Assembly: GCA_048881705.1 (NCBI GenBank)
Contig: JBHLSH010000004.1
Coordinates: forward strand, 34,015-98,014
Source: Candidatus Heimdallarchaeota archaeon
GTDB lineage: Archaea > Asgardarchaeota > Heimdallarchaeia > Hodarchaeales > Hodarchaeaceae
Direction of reading: 5' to 3'
DNA: 64,000 nucleotides
The notes below the pieces were generated by a model that saw only the letters and a program-made list of their open reading frames with translations, was not told where the DNA came from and made no database searches. Numbering within the stretch: position 1 is the stretch's first letter; every line of letters begins with the position of its first letter. This document shows positions 1-9,468 of this stretch, piece after piece. A program made the position numbers and the translations under genes.

Positions 1-906
1 TTTATGGTAATCGAAGGCAATACTGTCCGCTCTCTCTAATCCATCAACCAGATGTTTAGCCTTGGGCGAAAGCTTACACAAGGCACCAAATGCACCATCA
101 ACATGAAACCAGATATCAAACTCTTCGGCCAAATCAGCAAGACCATTAAGATCATCGATTGCACCTGTATTCACGGTCCCCGCAGTGCCAATCAAACACG
201 TTGGTTTTAATCCTGCATCAATATCTGCTTCAATAACTTCCCTTAGTTTTACAGTATCGATCTGATATGTGGGTAGAACCGGAATTTTTCTGTAAGAATT
301 AAGACCTATCCCTAATACTTGAATTGCTTTGTCCAATGAGCTATGAGTCTCTGTGGATCCGTAATAGATTAAATCTTTGGTACTGCCCTTGACTCCTTCA
401 CGTATTATATCATATCCGGCCTTTATGTTCCTAGCAACGATTAGTCCGATCAAGTTCGCCATACTCCCGCCTGAAACCAGCACTCCCGAGGCATCTTTAT
501 CGTAATCTAGCATTTCCTTCGCCCATTCTATCACTTGAGTTTCTACATAACTCGGAGCCTGTTCAAATCCACCAACATTTGGATTGATAGAAGAAGCTAG
601 CATATCCGCAAGTACTCCAAAAGGAGTGCCAGTACCCATGACCCAACCCCAGAAACGAGGATGCACATTACCATTGCCATAATGAAGGACATTTCTTTTG
701 AAGTCCTCGTAAATTTGATCACGGGACATACTTTTTTGGGGAATGGAACTTCGAAATGATGATTTTACCTCTGATGGCATCGGTTGCCATACTGGTTGAT
801 CTCTGATGTCTTTAAGAAAATCCATCATGTCATCAACCATTTTGTGTCCTAATGTTTTTAGTTCATCCCAGTTTTCAGGATCTAGAGTCTCCTCATCAAC
901 ATTCAT
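1..906 (-). CDS. PLP-dependent group II amino acid decarboxylase, 5' part (runs off the left edge)
   Basis: Manual translation of the minus strand from ATG at 906 gives MNVDEETLDPENWDELKTLGHKMVDDMMDFL...HYGNGNVHPRFWGWVMGTGTPFGVLADMLASSINPNVGGFEQ, the typical N-terminus of aromatic/glutamate-type decarboxylases. Absent from the ORF track because it is truncated. In-frame upstream ATGs exist at 1008 and 1041. Confidence 0.85.
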   Translation of the reverse strand, partial: MNVDEETLDPENWDELKTLGHKMVDDMMDFLKDIRDQPVWQPMPSEVKSSFRSSIPQKSMSRDQIYEDFKRNVLHYGNGNVHPRFWGWVMGTGTPFGVLADMLASSINPNVGGFEQAPSYVETQVIEWAKEMLDYDKDASGVLVSGGSMANLIGLIVARNIKAGYDIIREGVKGSTKDLIYYGSTETHSSLDKAIQVLGIGLNSYRKIPVLPTYQIDTVKLREVIEADIDAGLKPTCLIGTAGTVNTGAIDDLNGLADLAEEFDIWFHVDGAFGALCKLSPKAKHLVDGLERADSIAFDYHK

Positions 907-1182
907 ATCGAACACTTCAAAGACCTCGGAGTTCGGCCCCTTATGAAGAATCTTCCCGCTGATTTCTCTGAAAAACGTAGAATTAAGGTTATCAAAACCC
1001 GAGATCATTCTTCGCTTTGGATATTCACCAGAAGTTTTCATTGTGTTTAATGGTAAAAAAACACTGAAATCGTTCCTTGGGATACATATCCCCCATTCAA
1101 TTCATTGAAAGCGCTCCGGAGATTCCATAAACCAACGTGCCACAGATAATGGCTGTACATCAGTTCTTAAGAAGGTTAAATC

Positions 1183-2979
1183 TTGAAAACTCTTGCATTA
1201 GGTCTTTTTCTAATAGTAATGATTTCGATGTCTCTCCCTTCAAGTTCATCTACCATATCAGGGGCCGTTTTTACCGATCAGAAGCAGTGGTCATGGAGTT
1301 ATACAGAAGTGATTTCGGACAACGGCGAAATGGATTCGTTTTCTCCAGATTTGGCTGTTGATGACCTTGGCAATGTCCACGTTGTTTGGGCTGGTGAGAA
1401 CGACTTTTCCAGGACAGGGATGAATTTTGACATTCTCTATAGGAGGTGGGACGTTTCCACTCAGTCATGGGGGGATTTTGAAATAGTTTATGACACTGAG
1501 GGGGGGGCCTCTAATCCCCAAGTATTGATTGATAATGTTGGTAACGTTCACGTCACATGGCAGGACGATAGCGATTATGATGGTGTTGGGACGGATGATG
1601 ATATTTTCTATCGAATGAGAGACGAATCGACAGGTTTATGGGGGGACATCGAAGTGGTGACCCGGGAATCAGCGAATACAGACGTTTCCCGGCGCCCCCG
1701 ATTTGTTGTTGACGCGAATAATGATATTCACTTGGTTTGGGATGACTGGACTCCTAATCTGGCGAATTCTGGCGCGGATTTAGACGTGTTCTATAAGCAG
1801 CGCTTCTCGCGAAACAATTCCTGGAGTCCTATGATGGTTATTTCTAGTAGAAGCAATGGGTCTTCTCAGCATTCCCAAATCGCAGTCGATTCGGAAGGAA
1901 CCATTCACTTTGCATGGGATGATTTCACAAGCACCTTTGGGGGAAACGATCGGGATATCCTGTACCGTAAATATGTCCCTGGACTAAACTATTGGTCAGG
2001 GGTTACTGTTGTTTCATCTGAAAGCACAAATGACGCGTTCATCCCCTTTTTGATCACTGATGCCGCATCAAATGTACATGTTACGTGGACTGATTCAACA
2101 GACATGTTGAACAGTGGTCCGGATTGGGATGTCTTCTATAGGAAATATGATCATTCGCAGGGAATATGGAAAAATACAACCCTCGTTTCAGACGGATTTA
2201 TTGACGCGGGCTTTGGAGCCGAAATCGCTGTTGATGACCGAAACAATCCATCCATTGTGTGGTCACAGGGTGGATCCAACGATTACTTCGGATCAGGAGA
2301 CGATGAGGATATCGTATATAGACAGTATGACGCGGTATCAGATAGCTGGTCCACAATGCACGTGGTATCGACGGAATCGAACCAAAGATCAACTTTGCCT
2401 GCCCTATCTATTGACAGATCGGGATTTGTCCATGTAGCATGGTATGATTACACATCGTATCAAAACGCAGGCTTCGATAGTGACATATTCTATAAGAAGT
2501 TCCATGGATTGCCGGCTGTCCCCACCTTGGAGGCAATTTCACCAAATCCTTCAACCAATGGCATAATTCAGTTACACTGGAATGAGGTTTATGGTGCGAT
2601 AAATTACTTAATATATAGAAACCAAACACCCATAACCTCCGTTTCTGAATTAGATCCCATTGCCATGGTCACTGAGAATAAATTTGTTGATTATATTAAT
2701 ACCAATGAGCAACATTTCTACTATGCAGTTTCAGCTGAAAACTATGACGGATTAAGTCAAATTTCAAACTCCGAATATGTACAGGTGTTGGTTTTAAATG
2801 GAAACTTCGGCACGAACGCGACTGATGGCTTCCCCAATCAGACTGCGTTCTTTGACGGATCATTGCCCGTGACAGTGATGTCCATAGTGATCTTTCTAGC
2901 CGTTTCTGCTTTTAGAAAGAGGAAAATCAGACTGCGAACCTCTCAAGGATCTAAAACTCGGAGGCCAGTAAAATGTTGA
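1183..2979 (+). CDS. Membrane-anchored surface protein: signal peptide, 7-blade beta-propeller (BNR/sialidase-like repeats), FN3-like domain, C-terminal TM helix
   Basis: Seven repeats of P-x-[LI]-x-x-D-x-x-G-N-[VI]-H-[VL]-x-W...D-[IV]-[FL]-Y; FN3-like segment (QLHWNEV...YLIYR...YYAVSA); hydrophobic helix followed by RKRK. Confidence 0.75.
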   Translation: MKTLALGLFLIVMISMSLPSSSSTISGAVFTDQKQWSWSYTEVISDNGEMDSFSPDLAVDDLGNVHVVWAGENDFSRTGMNFDILYRRWDVSTQSWGDFEIVYDTEGGASNPQVLIDNVGNVHVTWQDDSDYDGVGTDDDIFYRMRDESTGLWGDIEVVTRESANTDVSRRPRFVVDANNDIHLVWDDWTPNLANSGADLDVFYKQRFSRNNSWSPMMVISSRSNGSSQHSQIAVDSEGTIHFAWDDFTSTFGGNDRDILYRKYVPGLNYWSGVTVVSSESTNDAFIPFLITDAASNVHVTWTDSTDMLNSGPDWDVFYRKYDHSQGIWKNTTLVSDGFIDAGFGAEIAVDDRNNPSIVWSQGGSNDYFGSGDDEDIVYRQYDAVSDSWSTMHVVSTESNQRSTLPALSIDRSGFVHVAWYDYTSYQNAGFDSDIFYKKFHGLPAVPTLEAISPNPSTNGIIQLHWNEVYGAINYLIYRNQTPITSVSELDPIAMVTENKFVDYINTNEQHFYYAVSAENYDGLSQISNSEYVQVLVLNGNFGTNATDGFPNQTAFFDGSLPVTVMSIVIFLAVSAFRKRKIRLRTSQGSKTRRPVKC

Positions 2980-4736
2980 AAACGCCTGCATTGAGTCTTT
3001 TTCTCATGGTAATGATTTCGATCCCCCTCTCTTCAAGTTCATCTACCACATCAGGGGCTGTCTTTACCGATCAGGAGAAGTGGTCGTGGAGTTATACAGA
3101 AGTACTTTCGGATAATAGTGATTTAGATTCTGGTAATGTGGATTTAAAAGTCGATGATCGTGGGAATATCCACGTCGTTTGGTGGGACCAGCACGATGTC
3201 CCTAGAACGGGAGATTTATATTCTGACATAATATATAGAAGATGGGATATCTCGACTCAGTCATGGAACGATCAAGAAATAGCTTATAGTACCAATGGAA
3301 ACACGTTAGGGCTTGACCCTAAAGTGTTGATAGACAAGGTCGGTTACGTCCACGTTATTTGGCTGGATGACAGCAATTATATGGATGTAGGAACAGATGC
3401 GGACATCTTCTATATAATGAGAGACGAACTAACTGGTGTATGGGGGGAAGTTGAAGTGGTGACACGGGAATCAGCGAATACAGGCTATTCTGCCGATCCC
3501 CATTTTGCTGTTGATGGTAACAACGACATTCACGTGGTTTGGTGGGACACGACTTCTAATCTGGCGAATTCTGGAACAGATTCAGATATTTTCTATAGGA
3601 AACGGTTTTCACAAAACAATTCCTGGAGTACCATGAGGGTCATTTCTGACACCAGCAACGAAAGTTCTTCAAGTCCACAAATCGCAATTGATGGGGAAGG
3701 AACTATTCATTTTGTATGGGATGATTACACAAGTAATTTCGGGGGAAACGACGTTGACATTGTATACCGTAAATATATACCAGAATTGGATTTTTGGTCT
3801 GGGATTACTGTGGTTTCAATCGAAAGTACGAGTAATTCACAGGAACCATCCTTGATCACCGATATGGATTCAAATATACATGTTGCCTGGCATGATTCAA
3901 CAGATATCTTTAATAGTGGCCCCGATTGGGATGTATTCTATCGAAGGTATGATAAATTACTGGAAAGATGGGAAGATACTACCCTCGTCTCAGAAGGGTT
4001 TGATAGTTGGAGTGTACTTCCGCGACTCGCAATAGATCAACACAATAACCCATCCATTGCTTGGACACAATGGGAATATGGAGACAACGGGGGATTGGGA
4101 GACAATGATATCTTATACAGGGTATATGATGGAACGTTAGATAGTTGGTCCTCACTATATGTAATTTCGGCGGAATCCAGTGGTCTTTCAACTAGCCCCG
4201 CCATTTATATTGACAGATCGGGATTTGTCCATGTAGCATGGGTCGATGATACCATATATCAAAGTTCGGGCGCAGATAATGATATATTCTATAAAAAGTT
4301 GCATGGACTGCCGGCTGTCCCCACCTTGGAGGCAATTTCACCAAATCCTTCAACTACTGGGATAATTCAATTATACTGGAATGAGGTTTATGGTGTGATA
4401 AATTACTCAATATACAGAAACCAAACACCAGTAACCTCCATTTCAGAGTTAGATCCCATTGCCACGGTCACTGAGAACCAATTTATTGACCATATTAATA
4501 CCACTGAGCAGCATTTCTATTATGCAGTCGTAGCTGAAAACTATGACGGATTAAGTCAAATTTCAAACTCGGAATATGTCCAGGTGTTGTTTTTACCTGG
4601 AAACTTCGGTACGAACGCGACTGATGGCTTCCCCAATCAGACAGCTTTCTTTGATGGATCATTGACCGTGACAGTGACGTCCATAGTGATGTTTCTAGCC
4701 GTTTCTGCTTTTAGAAGGAGGAGAATCAGACGGTGA
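2973..4736 (+). CDS. Tandem paralog of the 1183..2979 beta-propeller surface protein
   Basis: Same architecture; near-identical N-terminal and C-terminal DNA; start overlaps the upstream stop. Confidence 0.75.
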   Translation: MLKTPALSLFLMVMISIPLSSSSSTTSGAVFTDQEKWSWSYTEVLSDNSDLDSGNVDLKVDDRGNIHVVWWDQHDVPRTGDLYSDIIYRRWDISTQSWNDQEIAYSTNGNTLGLDPKVLIDKVGYVHVIWLDDSNYMDVGTDADIFYIMRDELTGVWGEVEVVTRESANTGYSADPHFAVDGNNDIHVVWWDTTSNLANSGTDSDIFYRKRFSQNNSWSTMRVISDTSNESSSSPQIAIDGEGTIHFVWDDYTSNFGGNDVDIVYRKYIPELDFWSGITVVSIESTSNSQEPSLITDMDSNIHVAWHDSTDIFNSGPDWDVFYRRYDKLLERWEDTTLVSEGFDSWSVLPRLAIDQHNNPSIAWTQWEYGDNGGLGDNDILYRVYDGTLDSWSSLYVISAESSGLSTSPAIYIDRSGFVHVAWVDDTIYQSSGADNDIFYKKLHGLPAVPTLEAISPNPSTTGIIQLYWNEVYGVINYSIYRNQTPVTSISELDPIATVTENQFIDHINTTEQHFYYAVVAENYDGLSQISNSEYVQVLFLPGNFGTNATDGFPNQTAFFDGSLTVTVTSIVMFLAVSAFRRRRIRR

Positions 4737-4846
4737 AACTTCCAAAGATCTTAAACTAGGAGTTCAAAGACTTTTAGACTCGCCTTTGGTATTGACGCCC
4801 AAATTCGCGATCATTGATAAACGGAAATTTGGCAAATCCAGTCCTT

Positions 4847-6829
4847 TTAGTGAGAACCACCTTCTCTCATCATCTCTTTCATCTTCTCAGGATCCATTCC
4901 CCTCTCCTTCATCCTTGCGAGCATTGATTCGGGGTCGATGCCATGAGATTTGGCCATTGCAAGGAGATATGGGGGGAGGGTGGGAATTTCGGCCTCTGTT
5001 CTGGCCTCAAGGCCCTCACCTATCTCTTCAACTCCTTGGTGTTTATAATACGTATCATAAAGTTCGGCATACACACCAGATTGACTTAACAACTCTTTAT
5101 GTGTACCTAGTTCCACCAATTTCCCTTTTTCAAATACCGCAATGCGATCTACGTCCCGTATTGTTGTGAGTCTATGTGCAATCACAAAAGTTGTGCGTCC
5201 CTTGAACAATGCCTGTTGAGCTAGCTGAACCAAACTCTCAGAGTAAGCATCAAGTCGAGACGTGGCTTCATCCAGGACTAGGATTTTAGGATCTGCCAGC
5301 ATCATCCGTGCGATAGTGATCATTTGGCGTTGACCTGAACTTAAACCTTTTCCGCTCTCCTGAAGCACGGTATGATATCCATCTGGTAATGCTTCGATAA
5401 AGTCATCTGCTCCAATCAATTTGCATAATTCGATTATTTCGCCATCTGAGATATCCCTATTGCTGTAGCGAATATTTTCGATGACGGTGTCGGCAAAGAG
5501 GTATGGTTCCTGTCCGATAAGTCCGATATTTGAATGTAGACTTGCTTGAGTAACATCGCGTAGGTCCTGATCCCCTATTAAGATTCTTCCTTCTATTGGG
5601 TCAAAGAATCGTGTTACTAGAGCCGCAAGTGTCGTTTTTCCCGCTCCAGTATGCCCCACAATGGCTAGTTTTTCCCCTTTTTCCACTTTAAAGGATACAT
5701 TTTGAAGGACTGGTATGTCCTCAACATACTCATAGGAAACATTATCGAATGTAACGCGAGTGTCTGTTGTATCCAGTGACACCGCGTTAACCTTGTCTAT
5801 GACTTGTGGTTCCTGCTCTAGTACATCAGCGACTCGATCCATTGCGGCCAATGATGCCTGAATCTGGGGATAAAACATGGCTATGTGTAAGAGCGGACTA
5901 AGAAAACGCTGTACCATAATGGTGCCAAGATATATCGAGCCTAATGACAATACGGTCGTCGATAAATATCCTCCTACAACCAGCGTCATTGCCACAAGAA
6001 TTGTAGAAATCATAGACACTGCAGGAAACATGAAATTAAATAGAGCCCCCATTTGTTTGAAATATTGATATGTTTTCTCGTTCAGATCGGATAGAACCGT
6101 TGATGACCATTCTTCTCTATTAAATGCTTTCGCAATAGAAACGCCGGCAAGACTCTCGGCCATTTGTCCACTAACTGCACCATAGCTTCGTCTCACTCCG
6201 TACATGATCTTTCTACCCAAACGTCCCAGTACAAACGCCAAAACTATTGCAATTGGAATCGCAAGGAGGGCAATACCCGCAATCAACCAACTGGTTACGA
6301 GTAGAATTATAAAAGTCCCGAGGCCCAATAAAATCTGCGAGGACATGTTGGAGAACACAGTGATTCCTGCCGCGAGTTCATCCGTGTCGGAGGTCACTCG
6401 ACTTGTCACATTCCCACTTTGTTCCTTTTTATGAAAACTCATATCTGCCGACACTAAATTTTCAAAAATGTCCTTTCTAACATCATGGAGCATGTTAGCC
6501 CTCACACGGGCAAGTAAATACGTATTGGAAGAATTTACCAGCCAAATTCCTAAACTTAATCCGACAAAGAGAATAAAAAGAGATGCGAGAAAGTCAGGGT
6601 TGGCAAATATTGTTCGGTTAACGACTGCATCAAGCCCAGCCTGTATTATTAGAGGAGATATAATACTACCGAGAGTATAGGCTAAAATTAACGCACCAGA
6701 TAATAACAGAGTGATTTTAAATTTCTCCAGGTAATTCCACAGCATGCCAATTAATTGTCTCGTAGATCTAGTATTCTGATGTTTTTCCGAACGAAAAGCG
6801 GACATAGGTCCTCTGTGACCGTGTGACAT
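4847..6829 (-). CDS. ABC exporter half-transporter (TMD+NBD), subunit of a heterodimeric multidrug-type exporter
   Basis: Multi-TM domain, Walker A GHTGAGKT, signature LSSGQRQ, Walker B ILVLDE, H-loop IAHR. Confidence 0.92.
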   Translation of the reverse strand: MSHGHRGPMSAFRSEKHQNTRSTRQLIGMLWNYLEKFKITLLLSGALILAYTLGSIISPLIIQAGLDAVVNRTIFANPDFLASLFILFVGLSLGIWLVNSSNTYLLARVRANMLHDVRKDIFENLVSADMSFHKKEQSGNVTSRVTSDTDELAAGITVFSNMSSQILLGLGTFIILLVTSWLIAGIALLAIPIAIVLAFVLGRLGRKIMYGVRRSYGAVSGQMAESLAGVSIAKAFNREEWSSTVLSDLNEKTYQYFKQMGALFNFMFPAVSMISTILVAMTLVVGGYLSTTVLSLGSIYLGTIMVQRFLSPLLHIAMFYPQIQASLAAMDRVADVLEQEPQVIDKVNAVSLDTTDTRVTFDNVSYEYVEDIPVLQNVSFKVEKGEKLAIVGHTGAGKTTLAALVTRFFDPIEGRILIGDQDLRDVTQASLHSNIGLIGQEPYLFADTVIENIRYSNRDISDGEIIELCKLIGADDFIEALPDGYHTVLQESGKGLSSGQRQMITIARMMLADPKILVLDEATSRLDAYSESLVQLAQQALFKGRTTFVIAHRLTTIRDVDRIAVFEKGKLVELGTHKELLSQSGVYAELYDTYYKHQGVEEIGEGLEARTEAEIPTLPPYLLAMAKSHGIDPESMLARMKERGMDPEKMKEMMREGGSH

Positions 6830-6833
6830 TTAT

Positions 6834-8621
6834 CTAGCCTCCAATAACTTCAGGTAAATTGGCAAATATTACCTTGTACTGTTCGCATTCTCTTAGCAGC
6901 GTTTCGTGGCTGCCATATGCGCAGATATTTCCTTTATCAAACAAAATAATGAAATCCGATTCTAAAAGAGTACGAAGGCGCTGGGTTACCACGATCGATG
7001 TCCGATTTTCCATCAGCTTATCCAAAGCGCGACGGAGCAACATTTCAGTTTTAGAATCGATTGCAGAGACAGAATCATCCAACAACAGAACTTTAGGATC
7101 CGCTATTAGCGCCCGAGCAATTGCAATGCGCTGGCGTTGACCCCCCGACAGCTTGGATCCCCTTTCCCCTATTTGGGTCTCGAGACCTTGAGGTAACTCC
7201 TCTATAAACTCCCATGCTTGAGCTTGAATCGCTGCGGCCTTGATTTCTTCATCAGTAGCGTCTGGCCGGGCAAAGGCGATATTTTCACGAACAGAAGCGG
7301 AAAAGAGAAAAACCTCCTGTTCAACCATTGTAATCCCCCTACGGAGTTCTTTTGCTGGTATGGCAGTGAAAGGTACGCGACCAAGACTTATAGTACCCTC
7401 TGTCGGATCGTACAATCGTAACAATAACTTCAGGAAAGTCGATTTACCTGACCCGGGGCCACCAATTACGGCAACTTGGGCACCGTTGGGAATCTTGAGA
7501 TTGATATTTTCGAGCGCGTATTTGGTTGACCCGGAGTATTTCATGTGAACGTTTTCAAAAATAATATCACCACTCCAATCAGGAAGATTTCCCTCGGTTG
7601 CGTTGTCGGGAACAGGGTCTGACCATGTTATTTTATCCCAAATTCGATCTGCATTCATTTTACCAGCTCGGATGTTTATTAAGGCCATTGGAAGCATAAA
7701 ATTCATGAACTGTAATGTTAACAAGAGGGACACGGATGCTGTGAAGGCACCCACGGCTTCACTTGGATTAACAGCCGTTTGAATGTTGATTAAGCCTATT
7801 CCAAATATTATTGTAGTTACCGCGATAAGAACAAGGGCTGGCCAAAAGAAGGCCGATAATCTACCTTCTTTTGTAACCATTTCGGCATATCTTGAGCTTC
7901 CGAGATTAAATCTTTCTTTTTCCTGATCTTCTTGGTTGAAACTACGCACTACCTCAATTCCTCGGAAAATTTCTTGAGAATCTCGGGTTACAACTGCGAG
8001 TCTGGATGCCAGTTCACGTCTAATAGGGCCAACGATTCCTGCGTATCGAATAACAAGCACAAAATAAATAGGAAATCCGATGATAACAACAAGGAAGAAG
8101 CGAGGATCAAATGCGTAAAATGAAATCATTACAAATCCCATGCTTAGGAGACTGCTGAGCAGCATCCGTAGAGAAGGATTGATCCCCATCCGCATCTGAG
8201 AGATTTCATTCATTGCCATTGAGAGAAGACTACTAGAATCTATCTCATCATGGAATGTCATGGAATGGGATTGAATCGTATCAAAGAATTCTTGTCGCGC
8301 ATCACGCTCATAACGAAACGCAGCCACAGTCCAAGAATAGTTTGTAATAAAAGTAAAGAGAAATGACAGAAATGACGTTATCGCAATTCCTAAACAGATA
8401 ATCAGGAAGTTGGAGTTGAAGGAGAAATTCTCATCTGCAAGAGCACTAAATGCCATGCCTAACAATAGACTCGGTGCAACTGTTAAGAAGGCACTGATAA
8501 GCGAAACGCCCAAACTGAGAAAAACTAGTTTGGGACTCCGCCAGAAAAAACTCAAGTACCAATGTGTGGCTGACCGATAACGCTTCGTTGGTAAATCTGC
8601 ACTTGTTTTGTATGCCTGCAT
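6834..8621 (-). CDS. ABC exporter half-transporter (TMD+NBD), degenerate-site partner subunit
   Basis: Walker A GGPGSGKS, signature LSGGQRQ, Walker B LLLDD (D instead of catalytic E), Q in place of the switch His (VTQR), as in TM287/288-type heterodimers. Start set at ATG 8621; the ORF-track start at 8729 overlaps the divergent promoter. Confidence 0.9.
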   Translation of the reverse strand: MQAYKTSADLPTKRYRSATHWYLSFFWRSPKLVFLSLGVSLISAFLTVAPSLLLGMAFSALADENFSFNSNFLIICLGIAITSFLSFLFTFITNYSWTVAAFRYERDARQEFFDTIQSHSMTFHDEIDSSSLLSMAMNEISQMRMGINPSLRMLLSSLLSMGFVMISFYAFDPRFFLVVIIGFPIYFVLVIRYAGIVGPIRRELASRLAVVTRDSQEIFRGIEVVRSFNQEDQEKERFNLGSSRYAEMVTKEGRLSAFFWPALVLIAVTTIIFGIGLINIQTAVNPSEAVGAFTASVSLLLTLQFMNFMLPMALINIRAGKMNADRIWDKITWSDPVPDNATEGNLPDWSGDIIFENVHMKYSGSTKYALENINLKIPNGAQVAVIGGPGSGKSTFLKLLLRLYDPTEGTISLGRVPFTAIPAKELRRGITMVEQEVFLFSASVRENIAFARPDATDEEIKAAAIQAQAWEFIEELPQGLETQIGERGSKLSGGQRQRIAIARALIADPKVLLLDDSVSAIDSKTEMLLRRALDKLMENRTSIVVTQRLRTLLESDFIILFDKGNICAYGSHETLLRECEQYKVIFANLPEVIGG

Positions 8622-8653
8622 TGATATTCTTCCGCAAGAAAGGGTGTTTACGA

Positions 8654-8689
8654 TATGAAGGAAAGCTATATATATAGGTTTCCTGCATA
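8654..8689. promoter_or_regulatory. Symmetric bidirectional promoter/operator: palindromic TATA element with mirrored purine-rich flanks
   Basis: TATGAAGGAAAG-CTATATATATAG-GTTTCCTGCATA: 16 of 18 arm positions pair. It lies between the divergent starts at 8621 (-) and 8697 (+). Confidence 0.7.
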
Positions 8690-8696
8690 GTTTCGA

Positions 8697-9359
8697 ATGG
8701 ATATAACAGAGTTCTGTAGGTATGTACATGGAGACGTCGCTCTAATGGAGGCTAATCACCTCGAAAATGAGTCTACGTTCGAAATCAAGGCAGAAGAATT
8801 ACTAAAGAGATGGATGAGGGGATATCGGCGCGGAAGTCTTCGTTTCTTTATTCTCCATCTTCTTCTTCATCACAGTCGCCACGAAAACATGGAAAAATCA
8901 CAGCTATCCCATGGTTCTAAACCAAGATCATACCATGGATATCACCTAGCTCAAACGATTAGAGACATAACCGAAGGTAAATGGCACCCAAAAACTGCCA
9001 GTATTTATCCAATCTTGAAGGAATTAAAAGATGAAGGAATTATAGAAGAAGTTCCTCAGTCGATGGAAGAGACTGGCCGCGGATCGAAGCATTATCGTCT
9101 AACTTCTTTTGGGAAAAAGGTGGGAGCCAAGCTCGAAGATGCTCGTATGGAATTTTCTAGGCCGTTATTTGAACATGGATCTATGAAATCAATTCTTCCA
9201 CTGCTAAGGCTTGCTAGTACGCATGATGAGGAAAAAATCGATAGGTTCCTTGAATCTGTTGATCAAGAAACCTTGAAGAAGGTATACAAACAATTAGAAA
9301 GAGCTATTCATGACGTTGGGTTTCTGCAAGAACGAATAGGCCATAAAATGGACCGCTAA
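8697..9359 (+). CDS. PadR-family winged-helix transcriptional regulator
   Basis: RGSLRFFILHLL...HGYHLAQTI...P-x-x-ASIYPILKEL-x-x-EGII...KHYRLT-x-x-G pattern; divergent from the ABC exporter, as is common for PadR regulators. Confidence 0.85.
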   Translation: MDITEFCRYVHGDVALMEANHLENESTFEIKAEELLKRWMRGYRRGSLRFFILHLLLHHSRHENMEKSQLSHGSKPRSYHGYHLAQTIRDITEGKWHPKTASIYPILKELKDEGIIEEVPQSMEETGRGSKHYRLTSFGKKVGAKLEDARMEFSRPLFEHGSMKSILPLLRLASTHDEEKIDRFLESVDQETLKKVYKQLERAIHDVGFLQERIGHKMDR

Positions 9360-9468
9360 TCTCCTTCAAATGCCCAAATAAATCACAAAATGATACTTTG
9401 CGGATAGAAGGTAATCCTATTACCGAATCCTCCTGGGGGAAAAGAAGGATCTTGTGGAGAATGCAATT

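Larger units (their letters stand above)
1183..4760 (+). repeat. Tandem gene duplication, unit about 1.79 kb
   Basis: For example, 2503-2630 versus 4302-4430 differ at about 9 of 126 nt by manual comparison; the signal-peptide DNA is also highly similar. Confidence 0.9.

Noticed and set aside
2930-2979. C-terminal Cys (RRPVKC) as a prenylation/CaaX signal for the Ste24-like protease
   Set aside because: The Cys is the last residue, not -4; the paralog stops earlier, so the tail looks like an incidental extension.
4786-5169. 127-aa plus-strand ORF, and the many other short ORFs nested antisense or off-frame in long genes (e.g. 19977..20414, 20568..21101, 49092..49310)
   Set aside because: They lie wholly within well-supported genes and show no motifs; shadow ORFs.
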